Source: an uncultured Spirochaetaceae bacterium (lineage in GTDB: Bacteria > Spirochaetota > Spirochaetia > Sphaerochaetales > Sphaerochaetaceae). From it: DNA of 64,000 nt. Position 1 is the stretch's first letter, and every line of letters begins with the position of its first letter. The notes below the pieces were generated by a model, which saw only the letters and a list, made by a program, of their open reading frames with translations, was not told the DNA's origin and searched no databases. Shown piece after piece: positions 9,195 to 18,342 of this stretch. A program made the position numbers and the translations under genes. The stretch is from contig CALXOH010000006.1 in the NCBI GenBank assembly GCA_944389975.1, positions 113,177 to 177,176 of the forward strand, written 5' to 3'.

Positions 9195-10610
9195 ATGTTC
9201 ATCGCACGGGAAAACGAGATCAATGAACTTGAAGCGAAGTATCAAACGGGAAATTTCGAGTTCGTAATCATTTATGGTCGGCGAAGGATCGGAAAAACCC
9301 GATTGATCGAAGAATTCACGAAAGACAAGGAATGTATATTCTTTTCTGCAATGAAAGACGGCAGCAGGAATGAAAGCCTGACCCAGCTCTCGAAGTGTAT
9401 TTCGGGATCGGAAGGTGATGATTTTCCTATCTTTCCATCGTTTCAGAGTGCTTTTCACAAAATTGCCGGGATGGCATTGGACAGGAGGATTGTTTTTGTA
9501 ATCGATGAGTTTCCCTATCTTGAAGATAATGACGGATACTTCTCATCCCTTCTTCAGAACACTATAGATAGGGAATTCAAAAAGACCAAGCTCTTTCTTA
9601 TAATCAGCGGATCAGCGGTGAGCTTCATGGAGGATAGCGTTCTTGGATACAACAATCCACTATACGGACGATGCACGCTCATCCAGAGACTTCAGAACTT
9701 CGATTATTACGATACTGCACGCTGGTTCCCAAATTATAGTTCATACGAAAAGGCAATCCTCTACGGAGTAACAGGCGGGGTACCCTACTACCTCGAACAG
9801 TTCTCGCCGGAATTGAGTCTGAAGGATAACCTTAAACTCAATTTCTTCAACGGCAGTTCAGTGCTCTTCAACGAAGTGGAGAACATGCTGAAGGAAGAAC
9901 TCAGGGAACCCGGAACCTACAAGGAGATAATATCGGCAATAGCGAACGGCAAGACGAAATACACGGAAATTGCAGATGCATGCAAAACCAAAAGCGGCGC
10001 ACTCAACAAGTATTTGAAAACACTCATAGAGCTGAAGATAATATCCAGGAAAATGCCAATGGGCGGTGACGAGAAGAAAGCAATCTACCATGTCTCCGAT
10101 CTATATTTCCGTTTCTGGTTTTTCTTCGTCCCAAGGAATTACTCTGCAATCCTCTCGAGAAGAATCCAAAATGCTTTCGACGTCGCCGTATGGAGGCTGA
10201 TAAATGATTACATGGGAAAAGTGTTTGAGATGATATCCAGGGAGTTTCTGGAATATCGGGACAAGGATCTTCCGATACTTCCAGCTGACGTAGGTTCCTG
10301 GTGGGGTGGAAATCCGAAAACGAAAAAGGAATGCGAAATCGACGTGGTCATGAAGAGTGCAACGGACAACAGAGTGGTACTCGGATCATGCAAGTTTACA
10401 AACAGCCCGATCGGTATTGACGAGTTGAAGCTGATGGAAGAATATGCGGATGCAATGGGAACGAAAGGAAAAAGATATTACTACTTCTTCTCGCTTTCAG
10501 GGTTTTCAGAAAACCTTGTTGCATCAAGTAGCGATACTATACGCCTGATTGACATCGACACTCTATACGACAGCATCGATCAGGAGCCAAGCGGGCATGA
10601 ACCAAACTGA
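9195..10610 (+). CDS. AAA+ ATPase of the archaeal-ATPase/DUF234 type
   Basis: 471 aa with N-terminal FIARENEINEL...IIYGRRRIGKTRLIEEF (Walker A), VFVIDEFPYL (Walker B), and a C-terminal DUF234-like CEIDVVM...LGSCKF nuclease-fold motif. Confidence 0.8.
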   Translation: MFIARENEINELEAKYQTGNFEFVIIYGRRRIGKTRLIEEFTKDKECIFFSAMKDGSRNESLTQLSKCISGSEGDDFPIFPSFQSAFHKIAGMALDRRIVFVIDEFPYLEDNDGYFSSLLQNTIDREFKKTKLFLIISGSAVSFMEDSVLGYNNPLYGRCTLIQRLQNFDYYDTARWFPNYSSYEKAILYGVTGGVPYYLEQFSPELSLKDNLKLNFFNGSSVLFNEVENMLKEELREPGTYKEIISAIANGKTKYTEIADACKTKSGALNKYLKTLIELKIISRKMPMGGDEKKAIYHVSDLYFRFWFFFVPRNYSAILSRRIQNAFDVAVWRLINDYMGKVFEMISREFLEYRDKDLPILPADVGSWWGGNPKTKKECEIDVVMKSATDNRVVLGSCKFTNSPIGIDELKLMEEYADAMGTKGKRYYYFFSLSGFSENLVASSSDTIRLIDIDTLYDSIDQEPSGHEPN

Positions 10611-10635
10611 TCCGATCCACTTACCATCCATCAAT

Positions 10636-10660
10636 GAGGGGCTGTTGTTGCCAGCCCCTC
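10636..10660. terminator. Hairpin between convergent genes
   Basis: GAGGGGCTG (10636-10644) pairs with CAGCCCCTC (10652-10660) around a 7-nt loop. It lies between the ATPase stop and the eda stop. Confidence 0.5.
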
Positions 10661-10706
10661 GATCAAACATCAAAAAGGATATGGATCAACTCCTTTTTTT
10701 CATTGC

Positions 10707-11669
10707 TCATTTGACAAGGTGGATTGCAAACCCTCCGACCTCCGGATCGAGATAGCAAACCTTCAACTTGCCTTTTGCATCGTACTTCTCGCTTCCCTTG
10801 ATGATCGAGAAACCTTTCTTCGCAAGGTAGAATACAGCCCTCTCAAGATCGTTGCATCTGATCGCGATGTGCCCGTGAGTGCCGTAGAACATCTTGTGAC
10901 AAAGCTCGATCTGGGTATTCACGAAAGTCGATGAGTTGCCTTTCTTTGTCGCGAAACCGAACTTCTCGAACTCTTTTGCAACCTTTCCGGCTTCATCCAC
11001 ACTCTCGTTGTTGAAGCCGACGTGTATGATCTCAAAACCTTGCATCAGCGTAGTCGCCTCCTTGCATAGCCTTGTGATCTCATCCCAGTTCTCTTCGTTG
11101 ATGAGGGCATCCTTGACCATCCAACTTCCACCGACAGCAAGCACATTAGGCGCCTTTGCATAGTCAGAAAGATTCGATGGATTGATTCCTCCAGTGGTCA
11201 TGAATTTCACCTGTCCGAACGGGCCTTGGAAATTCTTGAGCATGCCTACCCCTCCGCTGGCTTCTGCGGGGAAGAACTTCAAGACGTTCAAGCCCAGGGA
11301 AAGCCCAAGCTCTATCTCGCTTGGAGTGCACACCCCGGGAACGCAAGGGATGTTGTTCTCGTTGCACCATTTGACGGTCTCCGGATTCAAGCCGGCGGAA
11401 ACTATGAACTTCGCACCAGCCTTCACTGCCTTCTCGGCAAGTTCCGGGTTGATCACGGTACCAGCTCCGATGAGAATGTCCGGGCACTCTGCACTCATCC
11501 TCTTGATCGATTCCTCTGCAGCCTGGGTTCTGAACGTAACCTCAGCGCAAGGTATGCCACCTGCCATAAGCGCTTTCGCAAGAGGGACTGCTTTTCCAGC
11601 ATCATCGAGTTTTATGACAGGAACGATGCCGATGTTATGGAAAAATGTGAAAATCTCATCCTTTGTCAT
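10707..11669 (-). CDS. eda: KDPG/KHG aldolase fused to a C-terminal VOC (glyoxalase-like) domain
   Basis: The N-terminal ~210 aa are typical Eda (GIVPVIKLDD, EVTFRT, GAGTVI, LKFFPAE, TGGI). The ~110 extra residues (FEIIHVGFN...GHIAIRCNDLERA...GFAIHLVK) look like a VOC fold. Confidence 0.85.
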   Translation of the reverse strand: MTKDEIFTFFHNIGIVPVIKLDDAGKAVPLAKALMAGGIPCAEVTFRTQAAEESIKRMSAECPDILIGAGTVINPELAEKAVKAGAKFIVSAGLNPETVKWCNENNIPCVPGVCTPSEIELGLSLGLNVLKFFPAEASGGVGMLKNFQGPFGQVKFMTTGGINPSNLSDYAKAPNVLAVGGSWMVKDALINEENWDEITRLCKEATTLMQGFEIIHVGFNNESVDEAGKVAKEFEKFGFATKKGNSSTFVNTQIELCHKMFYGTHGHIAIRCNDLERAVFYLAKKGFSIIKGSEKYDAKGKLKVCYLDPEVGGFAIHLVK

Positions 11670-11678
11670 ATTTTCCTC

Positions 11679-12713
11679 CTACCTTTGGACGCGGCCTGAA
11701 CCATCGCCTTTCATCAAAGCTTCGACTTCGTTCAGGCGGGTGAGGTTGAAATCCCCGTCGATCGAGTGCTTGAGACATGATGATGCGACAGCAAAATTGA
11801 TTGCGCGCTCTTCATCGAATGAGTGGGAAAGTGCGTAGATGATTCCGGACGCGAACGAATCTCCTCCACCAACCCTGTCGACGATATCCGTGATATCGTA
11901 GTGACGGGAGAGGTAGAAACCGGTCTTCCCGGAAAGGGCTGCAGACCATCCGTTCCTGTCTGCAGACTTGCTCTCGCGCAGTGTGATCGCAACGACGGAT
12001 ACATTCGGGAATTCCTTCTTCACTTCCTCTGCAAGCTTTTCATACACCTTCGTATCAAGCTCTCCCTTGGTGACATCGCTTTCGCATTCGATTCCCAGGC
12101 ACTTCTGGATATCCTCTTCGTTTGCGATCACGACATCTGCGTATTTGGTAAGCTCCCTCATCACTTCGACGGCAGATTTTCCATACTTCCAGAGTTTCTT
12201 CCTGTAATTGAGGTCGATCGAAACCTTGGCCCCCGCTTTCTTTGCTTCCTTCATCGCCAAAAGAGCAGCGTCAGCTGCATTCTGACTTATAGCCGGAGTG
12301 ATTCCAGTCACATGGAACCAGGTTGCATCCTTCATTATGGTTCCAAAGTCGAAGTCGCTCGGCTTTGCATTTGCAATTGCTGAACCGCTTCTGTCGTATA
12401 CGACCAGGGAAGGGCGTTGGTTGGCTCCTGTCTCAAGGTAATATACGCCGAGGCGTGAGTCCTTGACCTTGTTGATGTATGATGTATCGACACCGTATTT
12501 CATGAGCTCACGAAGGCATCCTTCGCCGATCGCATTATCCGGTACGGCACTCACAAACGACACGTTCTCTCCAAAGATCGAAAGCGATACAGCGACATTC
12601 GCCTCTCCTCCTCCGAAAGTTGCTTCCAATATCGGAGACTGGAATAATCTCTGCCTCTCAGGGCTCTTGAGGCGAAGCATTATCTCCCCGAATGTTACAA
12701 TTTTGCCAGACAT
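11679..12713 (-). CDS. kdgK: 2-dehydro-3-deoxygluconokinase (PfkB family)
   Basis: 344 aa with FGEIMLRL...GGGEANVAV at the N-terminus and the PfkB signature DRVGGGDSFASGIIY. Confidence 0.85.
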   Translation of the reverse strand: MSGKIVTFGEIMLRLKSPERQRLFQSPILEATFGGGEANVAVSLSIFGENVSFVSAVPDNAIGEGCLRELMKYGVDTSYINKVKDSRLGVYYLETGANQRPSLVVYDRSGSAIANAKPSDFDFGTIMKDATWFHVTGITPAISQNAADAALLAMKEAKKAGAKVSIDLNYRKKLWKYGKSAVEVMRELTKYADVVIANEEDIQKCLGIECESDVTKGELDTKVYEKLAEEVKKEFPNVSVVAITLRESKSADRNGWSAALSGKTGFYLSRHYDITDIVDRVGGGDSFASGIIYALSHSFDEERAINFAVASSCLKHSIDGDFNLTRLNEVEALMKGDGSGRVQR

Positions 12714-12817
12714 TTGAACTCTCCTTTTTTAAGACATCGGCATAGTATGGGAGAGACCCACGCGTGAAACATGGGGTCCCTCCGAATTCGAACTTTTTCC
12801 GTTGGGTGGAAAAATAA

Positions 12818-13468
12818 TCAGATTGCGCCTATCTTGGCGTATGTGTCGGCAAGTTTTGCACCCTTGAGAAGGTCTTCCCTGACGTGGTTTTCCTTCTGTA
12901 CGATCTCCATCGCCTTCTCGAACACTTCGTCCTTGACCTCCGACGGGATGATTGCCACGCCGTCGATATCAGCGAAGATGTAGTCGCCTGGCTTGATCAT
13001 GACGCCGTCGATGACGATAGGGATCTGACATTCGGTAACTTCGCATCTTCCCTTACTCGTAGTTGGTACGTTACCCTTATAGAACAGAGGGAAGTTGATT
13101 TCCTTCAATTGTTTGAGGTCTCTTGCATATCCGTCGATTAGTGCACCTTTGCCCTTCTTTGCCTGAACTGCAGTAGCCAAGAGTTCCCCAAAGATGGCGC
13201 AATTGTACTTTCCGCGGGTTGCAAGAACGTAAATCTCTCCCTCTTTCAATTGGTCTATGACCTTGCACTGTGCCGTGAGTGGGCTCTCCGGCATTGTGTA
13301 AACCTCGGTTCCGATGCTGGTGAATGCTTTTCCGATAAGCACCTCATCGGGATTGAGGATCTTGAAATCCGGTCCCAAAGCCTGATTGCGGTACCCGAGC
13401 TGGTCGAGAACATCGCAAATGATTCCCGAATACAAGTTCTTCTTCAAAAACTCCTCGTCATACTTCAT
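12818..13468 (-). CDS. RraA family protein (HMG/oxaloacetate aldolase-decarboxylase-like), copy 1
   Basis: 216 aa with ICDVLDQLG, AIFGELLATA, DGYARD and GDYIFADIDGVAIIP, typical of the RraA/DlpA fold. Confidence 0.8.
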   Translation of the reverse strand: MKYDEEFLKKNLYSGIICDVLDQLGYRNQALGPDFKILNPDEVLIGKAFTSIGTEVYTMPESPLTAQCKVIDQLKEGEIYVLATRGKYNCAIFGELLATAVQAKKGKGALIDGYARDLKQLKEINFPLFYKGNVPTTSKGRCEVTECQIPIVIDGVMIKPGDYIFADIDGVAIIPSEVKDEVFEKAMEIVQKENHVREDLLKGAKLADTYAKIGAI

Positions 13469-13504
13469 ACTATTACCTCCTAAAAGTACTGACTTCCTAT
13501 CTTT

Positions 13505-14581
13505 TTAGTCACAATTGATGTTTATGACTGCCTTTTCCACTATGCCCGACTCATCTTCCTTGTTCAGGCAAACCTCCATAGCCTTGTGTGCATCGGAAAA
13601 ATCGAAACGGTGCGTTATTATCTTTCCGATCGGTATCTGCCCGCTTTCAACCAACCTGATCGATACAGGGTACTTGTTCACATATCTGAAGGATGTGATG
13701 AGGCTCGCCTCCCTCATGAAGAGTTCCCTGTGATTTATGTTGATCAAGTCGTCATGCGGCACTCCGATTAGTACGACGCGCCCGGACTTGGCCATCGCAT
13801 CCATCGCTTTGTTCACGAGCGGTATGTAGTCGGTGGTATCGAAGATGATATCAACTCCATGTCCGCCGGTTTTCTCCATGATGTACGAAATCTCCTCGTC
13901 CTCAAGCTTCGTAAAACCTGAAGGAAGACCCAGCTTTTTTGCATACTCGACCCGCTTTGATACGATATCGACTGCATACACTTCCCTGATCCCGTGGGCA
14001 AAGAGGGAGAGCATCACGCAAAGCGCGATCGGACCTGCACCAAGAATGAGCGCCCTGTCCTTTATATTCGCTCTTGCTTTCGCTACAGCTTCCATGCCGA
14101 CGGCAAGGGGTTCGATCATCGCCCCCTCTTCCATCGATACGTTCTCCGGGAGCTTGTAGACCCACGATGCCGGACGTACCGTGTACTCGATAAGTGCGCC
14201 TTCGCTATACGGCCTGTAGATCGGGATGCCCATGAAAGAGACGTTCGGGCAGAGGTTGTATTTTCCCTCCCTGCACACTTCGCAGTCCCCGCATGGAACT
14301 CCAGGTTCCATCGTCACCCTGTCACCTATCTCAAGGTTCTTTACGTTCTCTCCCTTGGCAACGACATAACCCGCCGCCTCATGCCCGAGGATGTGTGGGT
14401 ACTTTATCTTTGCAAACGTCGATCCACCCTTTGCATAGTACACCAGGTCGGATCCGCATATCCCGACCGATGCGATACGTACCAGAACGTCATCCGGTCC
14501 CCACTGGGGCATGTCGAAAACCCCTTCCTTCATCTCCCTGATGCCTGTAAGCATCATAGCTTTTCGTTTCTCAGGTAGCAT
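13505..14581 (-). CDS. Zn-dependent medium-chain alcohol/polyol dehydrogenase (sorbitol or idonate dehydrogenase-like)
   Basis: It has ICGSDLVYY, GHEAAGYVV, a second Zn cluster CGDCEVCREGKYNLC and a Rossmann LGAGPIAL. The start was trimmed to ATG 14581, which lies 6 nt after AGGAGG. Confidence 0.85.
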   Translation of the reverse strand: MLPEKRKAMMLTGIREMKEGVFDMPQWGPDDVLVRIASVGICGSDLVYYAKGGSTFAKIKYPHILGHEAAGYVVAKGENVKNLEIGDRVTMEPGVPCGDCEVCREGKYNLCPNVSFMGIPIYRPYSEGALIEYTVRPASWVYKLPENVSMEEGAMIEPLAVGMEAVAKARANIKDRALILGAGPIALCVMLSLFAHGIREVYAVDIVSKRVEYAKKLGLPSGFTKLEDEEISYIMEKTGGHGVDIIFDTTDYIPLVNKAMDAMAKSGRVVLIGVPHDDLININHRELFMREASLITSFRYVNKYPVSIRLVESGQIPIGKIITHRFDFSDAHKAMEVCLNKEDESGIVEKAVININCD

Positions 14582-14594
14582 CCCACACCTCCTG

Positions 14595-15371
14595 TCAAAA
14601 GCCCACGAGGGCACCGCCGTCGACTACGATCGACTGCCCCGTAATGAATCCTGATGCATCGGATGCCAGGAAAAGAGCTGCCCATCCGATATCCATCGCA
14701 TCCCCGAACTTTCCAAGCGGGGTGCGCCCGAGTATCTTCTGCTGCCTCGGTATGTCCTTGCCCATTGAAGCGAGGAGCATCGGGGACTCGATCCAGCCCG
14801 GCACTATCGCATTGAAACGAACCCCTGTATGCGACACTTCGCTTGCAAGGTTCATCACAAGTCCCGTAACGCCCGCTTTTGCAGCCGAGTACGCGGCAAG
14901 ATATGTCAATCCCATGTGGCCCGCCATCGAAGAGATGAAGATGACGCTACCCTTCCCTTGCTTCTCCATTACAGGAAGGCATGCCTGTGTAAGTGCAAAC
15001 GCGCCCGTAAGATGGACATCGAGTGTCTTCCTGAATTCCTCGATGCTTGCCTCCTCCGCCTTGCTTTTGAACTGGATCCCTGCATCGTTTATCAAGACAT
15101 CGATCCTTCCGTACTTGTCAAAAACATACTTGACTGCATCCTTGATGCCTTTTTCATCAGTCACGTCAAGTCGGAAGTAATCTGCAAGCTCTCCCAGTTC
15201 CCCGGCGGCTTTCTTCAGAACCTCCTCGCGCCTCCCCATCATCACGACGCGGCATCCGAATGCAACAAGCGCTTTGGACATCCCGTATCCAAGCCCCGTT
15301 GCTCCCCCGGTGATGATTGCGACGCGCCCTGACATGTCAAACGGATTACGAATCTCTTCCATATTCATCAC
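14595..15371 (-). CDS. Short-chain dehydrogenase/reductase (gluconate-5-dehydrogenase/KduD-like)
   Basis: It has ITGGATGLGYG (TGxxxGxG), the catalytic YSAAKAG (YxxxK) and an NAIVPG motif. Confidence 0.85.
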   Translation of the reverse strand: MMNMEEIRNPFDMSGRVAIITGGATGLGYGMSKALVAFGCRVVMMGRREEVLKKAAGELGELADYFRLDVTDEKGIKDAVKYVFDKYGRIDVLINDAGIQFKSKAEEASIEEFRKTLDVHLTGAFALTQACLPVMEKQGKGSVIFISSMAGHMGLTYLAAYSAAKAGVTGLVMNLASEVSHTGVRFNAIVPGWIESPMLLASMGKDIPRQQKILGRTPLGKFGDAMDIGWAALFLASDASGFITGQSIVVDGGALVGF

Positions 15372-16330
15372 CTTATCCCGTTCACAACGTGCCTGTGCGC
15401 TTCCCCTCGGAGTGCTCTAACAGCTTCATCCCCGATCGAATTCAGAAGGATGTCCACGGACTCCTCCGAATACCATGCGCTATGCGGAGTGACGATCACG
15501 TTGTCGAATTTGAAGAGAGGATTGTTCACATCAGCCGACTCGGTTTCCAGCACATCGAGGCATGCCGCGGAAACCTTGCCCGAAGACAAGGCGTCGCAGA
15601 GATCCCCTTCATCGATTATCCCGCCGCGGGCTGTATTTATGAGGATCACGCCATCCTTCATCTTCGAGAACGCATCCTTGTTTATCATCTTCCTCGTCTC
15701 ATTGTTCAAAGGAACGTGGATCGAGATGATGTCGCTCTCTCTGAGTACCTCGTCATACGTAGCTTTCGTCACGCCATCGATGCCAACCGAATCGACATCC
15801 AAAAACGCATCGTACGCAAGAACTTTACACCCGAACGAGGGAAGCCTCTTGGCAACAAGCTGGGATATCCCTCCGAAACCCAAAAGTCCGACAGTCTTCG
15901 AACTGAACCTATGCACGGGCTTTGCCGAATAGTACGTCCACTGCCCTTTCTTCACCTCTTCATCGAGTATGAACACCTTCTTTGATGCGGCAAGTGCGAA
16001 CATCAATACGTGGTCTGCGATATCGGCCCTTCCGTAGTCGGGAACGTTCACTACCGGGATGCGGCAATCGGTTGCAGCTTTTACATCGATATTGTCAACT
16101 CCGACTGCCCCGCGGATTATAGCCTTGCACTTCTTCAGATTCTCGATGACTCTTCGAGTTATCTGGTCGAAGTGGCAAAGAACTACATCTGCATTCTCCG
16201 TCTCCCTCATGATCTCCTCTTCGCTCTGGCAATTGCACAGCTTGAACGAAGCACCCGCATCCTCGATTTTCTTTCTTATGATCTCGACCGACTCGTACTG
16301 TGCGTCAGTCATAACTACGTTCATCATCAT
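15368..16330 (-). CDS. D-isomer-specific 2-hydroxyacid dehydrogenase
   Basis: It has GLLGFGGISQLVA (GxGxxG), NTARGGIIDE and VIVTPHSAW motifs. Confidence 0.85.
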   Translation of the reverse strand: MMMNVVMTDAQYESVEIIRKKIEDAGASFKLCNCQSEEEIMRETENADVVLCHFDQITRRVIENLKKCKAIIRGAVGVDNIDVKAATDCRIPVVNVPDYGRADIADHVLMFALAASKKVFILDEEVKKGQWTYYSAKPVHRFSSKTVGLLGFGGISQLVAKRLPSFGCKVLAYDAFLDVDSVGIDGVTKATYDEVLRESDIISIHVPLNNETRKMINKDAFSKMKDGVILINTARGGIIDEGDLCDALSSGKVSAACLDVLETESADVNNPLFKFDNVIVTPHSAWYSEESVDILLNSIGDEAVRALRGEAHRHVVNGIR

Positions 16331-16340
16331 TCTCCTCCTT

Positions 16341-16991
16341 TCAAAGAATCCCGAACTTCTTGAAAGCTTCGGTTGCGCTCATCCCTTCCTCGATCGCTTT
16401 GCGAACCTTCTTCTCCCCTGAAGCTTTCTCAAGCGCCTTCTCAACAGCCTCGTCCACTATCTCCTTCGGGACTATCAGACAGCCGTCGATATCTCCGAAG
16501 ATCACATCCTGGTCGTGGATCACCACGCCCCCGATCTCTATCGGACAGCGGAAGGATGCAACGTAAGTCCTGATCGATGAATCCTGCGCCCATCTTGCTT
16601 TTGCAAAGACGGGGAAGTCTTGCGAAAGGACCTGCGGAGTGTCACGCGTATATCCGTCGAGGACCGCGCCCACAGCTCCCCGGGCCTTGGCTGTCGCTGT
16701 AAGAAGTTCCCCCCAGAGCGCGCTGTTGTGGGCACCGGTTGCTACGTATACTTCGTTCTCCTTCAACTGGTCCAAAGCTTCAGTAAGATATCCGAAGGGT
16801 TTTTCCTGAGCTTCATAAACGTCGTATTCAAGGACTGTGCAAACACGTCCTACGACCTTCATATCATCCTTGAGCGGCTGTATATATGCAGGAAGGAACT
16901 GATGGGAATACCCCATCTGGTCCAATATATCACCCAATACGGGCGTATATAGCTTCTCCTTCATCAGCTTGAACATCTCTTTGTCTGTCAT
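16341..16991 (-). CDS. RraA family protein, copy 2
   Basis: It has LGDILDQMG, ALWGELLTATA, DGYTRD and DVIFGDIDGCLIVP. The start was trimmed to ATG 16991, preceded by AAAGGAGGAAG. The longer track ORF would overlap the upstream gene. Confidence 0.8.
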   Translation of the reverse strand: MTDKEMFKLMKEKLYTPVLGDILDQMGYSHQFLPAYIQPLKDDMKVVGRVCTVLEYDVYEAQEKPFGYLTEALDQLKENEVYVATGAHNSALWGELLTATAKARGAVGAVLDGYTRDTPQVLSQDFPVFAKARWAQDSSIRTYVASFRCPIEIGGVVIHDQDVIFGDIDGCLIVPKEIVDEAVEKALEKASGEKKVRKAIEEGMSATEAFKKFGIL

Positions 16992-17019
16992 TGAACTTCC
17001 TCCTTTTTCCAAGTCCAAA

Positions 17020-18342
17020 TCAACTCCAGATGCGATCGTGAGACCAATGGGACGGGTAATCCCTTCCCGATATCCATAACGGTCCGTCTTCATCTTTCCT
17101 ATGCTCGAAGAGCACTTCGTCATCAAGCTCATCTATCCCGAGGCCGGGGCGATCGGGGACAGCTATGTGACCATCCTTGATGATCTTTCCCTTGCCACCC
17201 TTTACGATCTCCTCCCACCAAGGAACGTCGAAAGAATGGAATTCGAGTGCTACGAAGTTCTTTCCGGCAGCTGTTGCCACGTGCGCTGAGGCCATGCACC
17301 CTACAGGCGTTTCAGCCATGTGCAAGCAGGCGGCTACGCCATGCCTTTCGGCCTCGTCGAGCGTATGCATCAGTTCGTTCATTCCTCCTACGGTCAGAAC
17401 ATCCGGATGTATCACGGACACAGCCCTCTTTTCCAACAGCGGCATGAAATTATCCCTAAGGTATATGTCCTCGCCCGTACATACGGGAATCGTCGTGGCC
17501 TGGCTGATCAACGCAAGCTGATCGGTGTAAAACCATGGAACCGGATCCTCGATCCACGAAAGCGAGTATTTTTCCAAGCGACGCGCAAGGGAGATGACGT
17601 TTTCAAATCCGACGTGCCCGATGTGGTCGATTGCAAGCGGCACCTCATACCCGATTGCATCCCTGATCGCAGAAACCCTCTCTTCGAGGAAATCGAGCCC
17701 TTTTTCGGTGATCCTCATCATCGTGAACGGATGAGGAATCTCCATCAAAGGAACCTCACTGCCCTCTGAAAAGCCGAATGACAAATCCTCTTCCTTCTGA
17801 CCTTTCATCCCCTCCAGATATCCATTAGGAGCGCTGAGTGCCCCGTCGACATCCAAAAGAAGGTCCACGCCAAGATCCATCTTGAGCATCGAAAAGCCCT
17901 TCCCGATCCTCTTTTTCAAGGCAGCTGCCATCGCTTCTGCATCGTTTTTCCCTGAAACGTCGGTATCTGCATAGAGCCTTACCTTGTCGCGGTACCTCCC
18001 GCCGAGAAGCTGGTAACACGGAACGCCATAGGCCTTACCTGCAAGGTCCATCAACGCAACTTCGATTCCGCTTACCCCTCCACCTTTCCTTCCGTGCCCT
18101 CCGAACTGCCTGATGGAATCCATAATCCGCTTTACAGAGCATGGATTCTTGCCGATCAAATGCCTCGAAAGAGCGAAGGCATAGTCGATGGATGCAAAAT
18201 CCCTCACTTCACCGAACCCGCATACCCCTTGGTTCGTCTCAAGTTTCAATATGGAACAATCCATCGGAACGTCCTTGAGCTGGCATATCTTGATGTCTGT
18301 AATCTTCAGCTCCGATGGAAAAGAAGCCTTATTGAAGCTCAC
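17020..18342 (-). CDS. Enolase-superfamily (mandelate racemase / acid-sugar dehydratase-like) enzyme
   Basis: KITDIKICQL...GFGEV is the N-terminal capping domain. AIDHIGH, WIEDP and CTGED are spaced like the three metal ligands. The likely start is GTG 18342, 6 nt after AAGGAGG; the track start at 18417 lies inside the upstream ATPase gene. Confidence 0.8.
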   Translation of the reverse strand: MSFNKASFPSELKITDIKICQLKDVPMDCSILKLETNQGVCGFGEVRDFASIDYAFALSRHLIGKNPCSVKRIMDSIRQFGGHGRKGGGVSGIEVALMDLAGKAYGVPCYQLLGGRYRDKVRLYADTDVSGKNDAEAMAAALKKRIGKGFSMLKMDLGVDLLLDVDGALSAPNGYLEGMKGQKEEDLSFGFSEGSEVPLMEIPHPFTMMRITEKGLDFLEERVSAIRDAIGYEVPLAIDHIGHVGFENVISLARRLEKYSLSWIEDPVPWFYTDQLALISQATTIPVCTGEDIYLRDNFMPLLEKRAVSVIHPDVLTVGGMNELMHTLDEAERHGVAACLHMAETPVGCMASAHVATAAGKNFVALEFHSFDVPWWEEIVKGGKGKIIKDGHIAVPDRPGLGIDELDDEVLFEHRKDEDGPLWISGRDYPSHWSHDRIWS

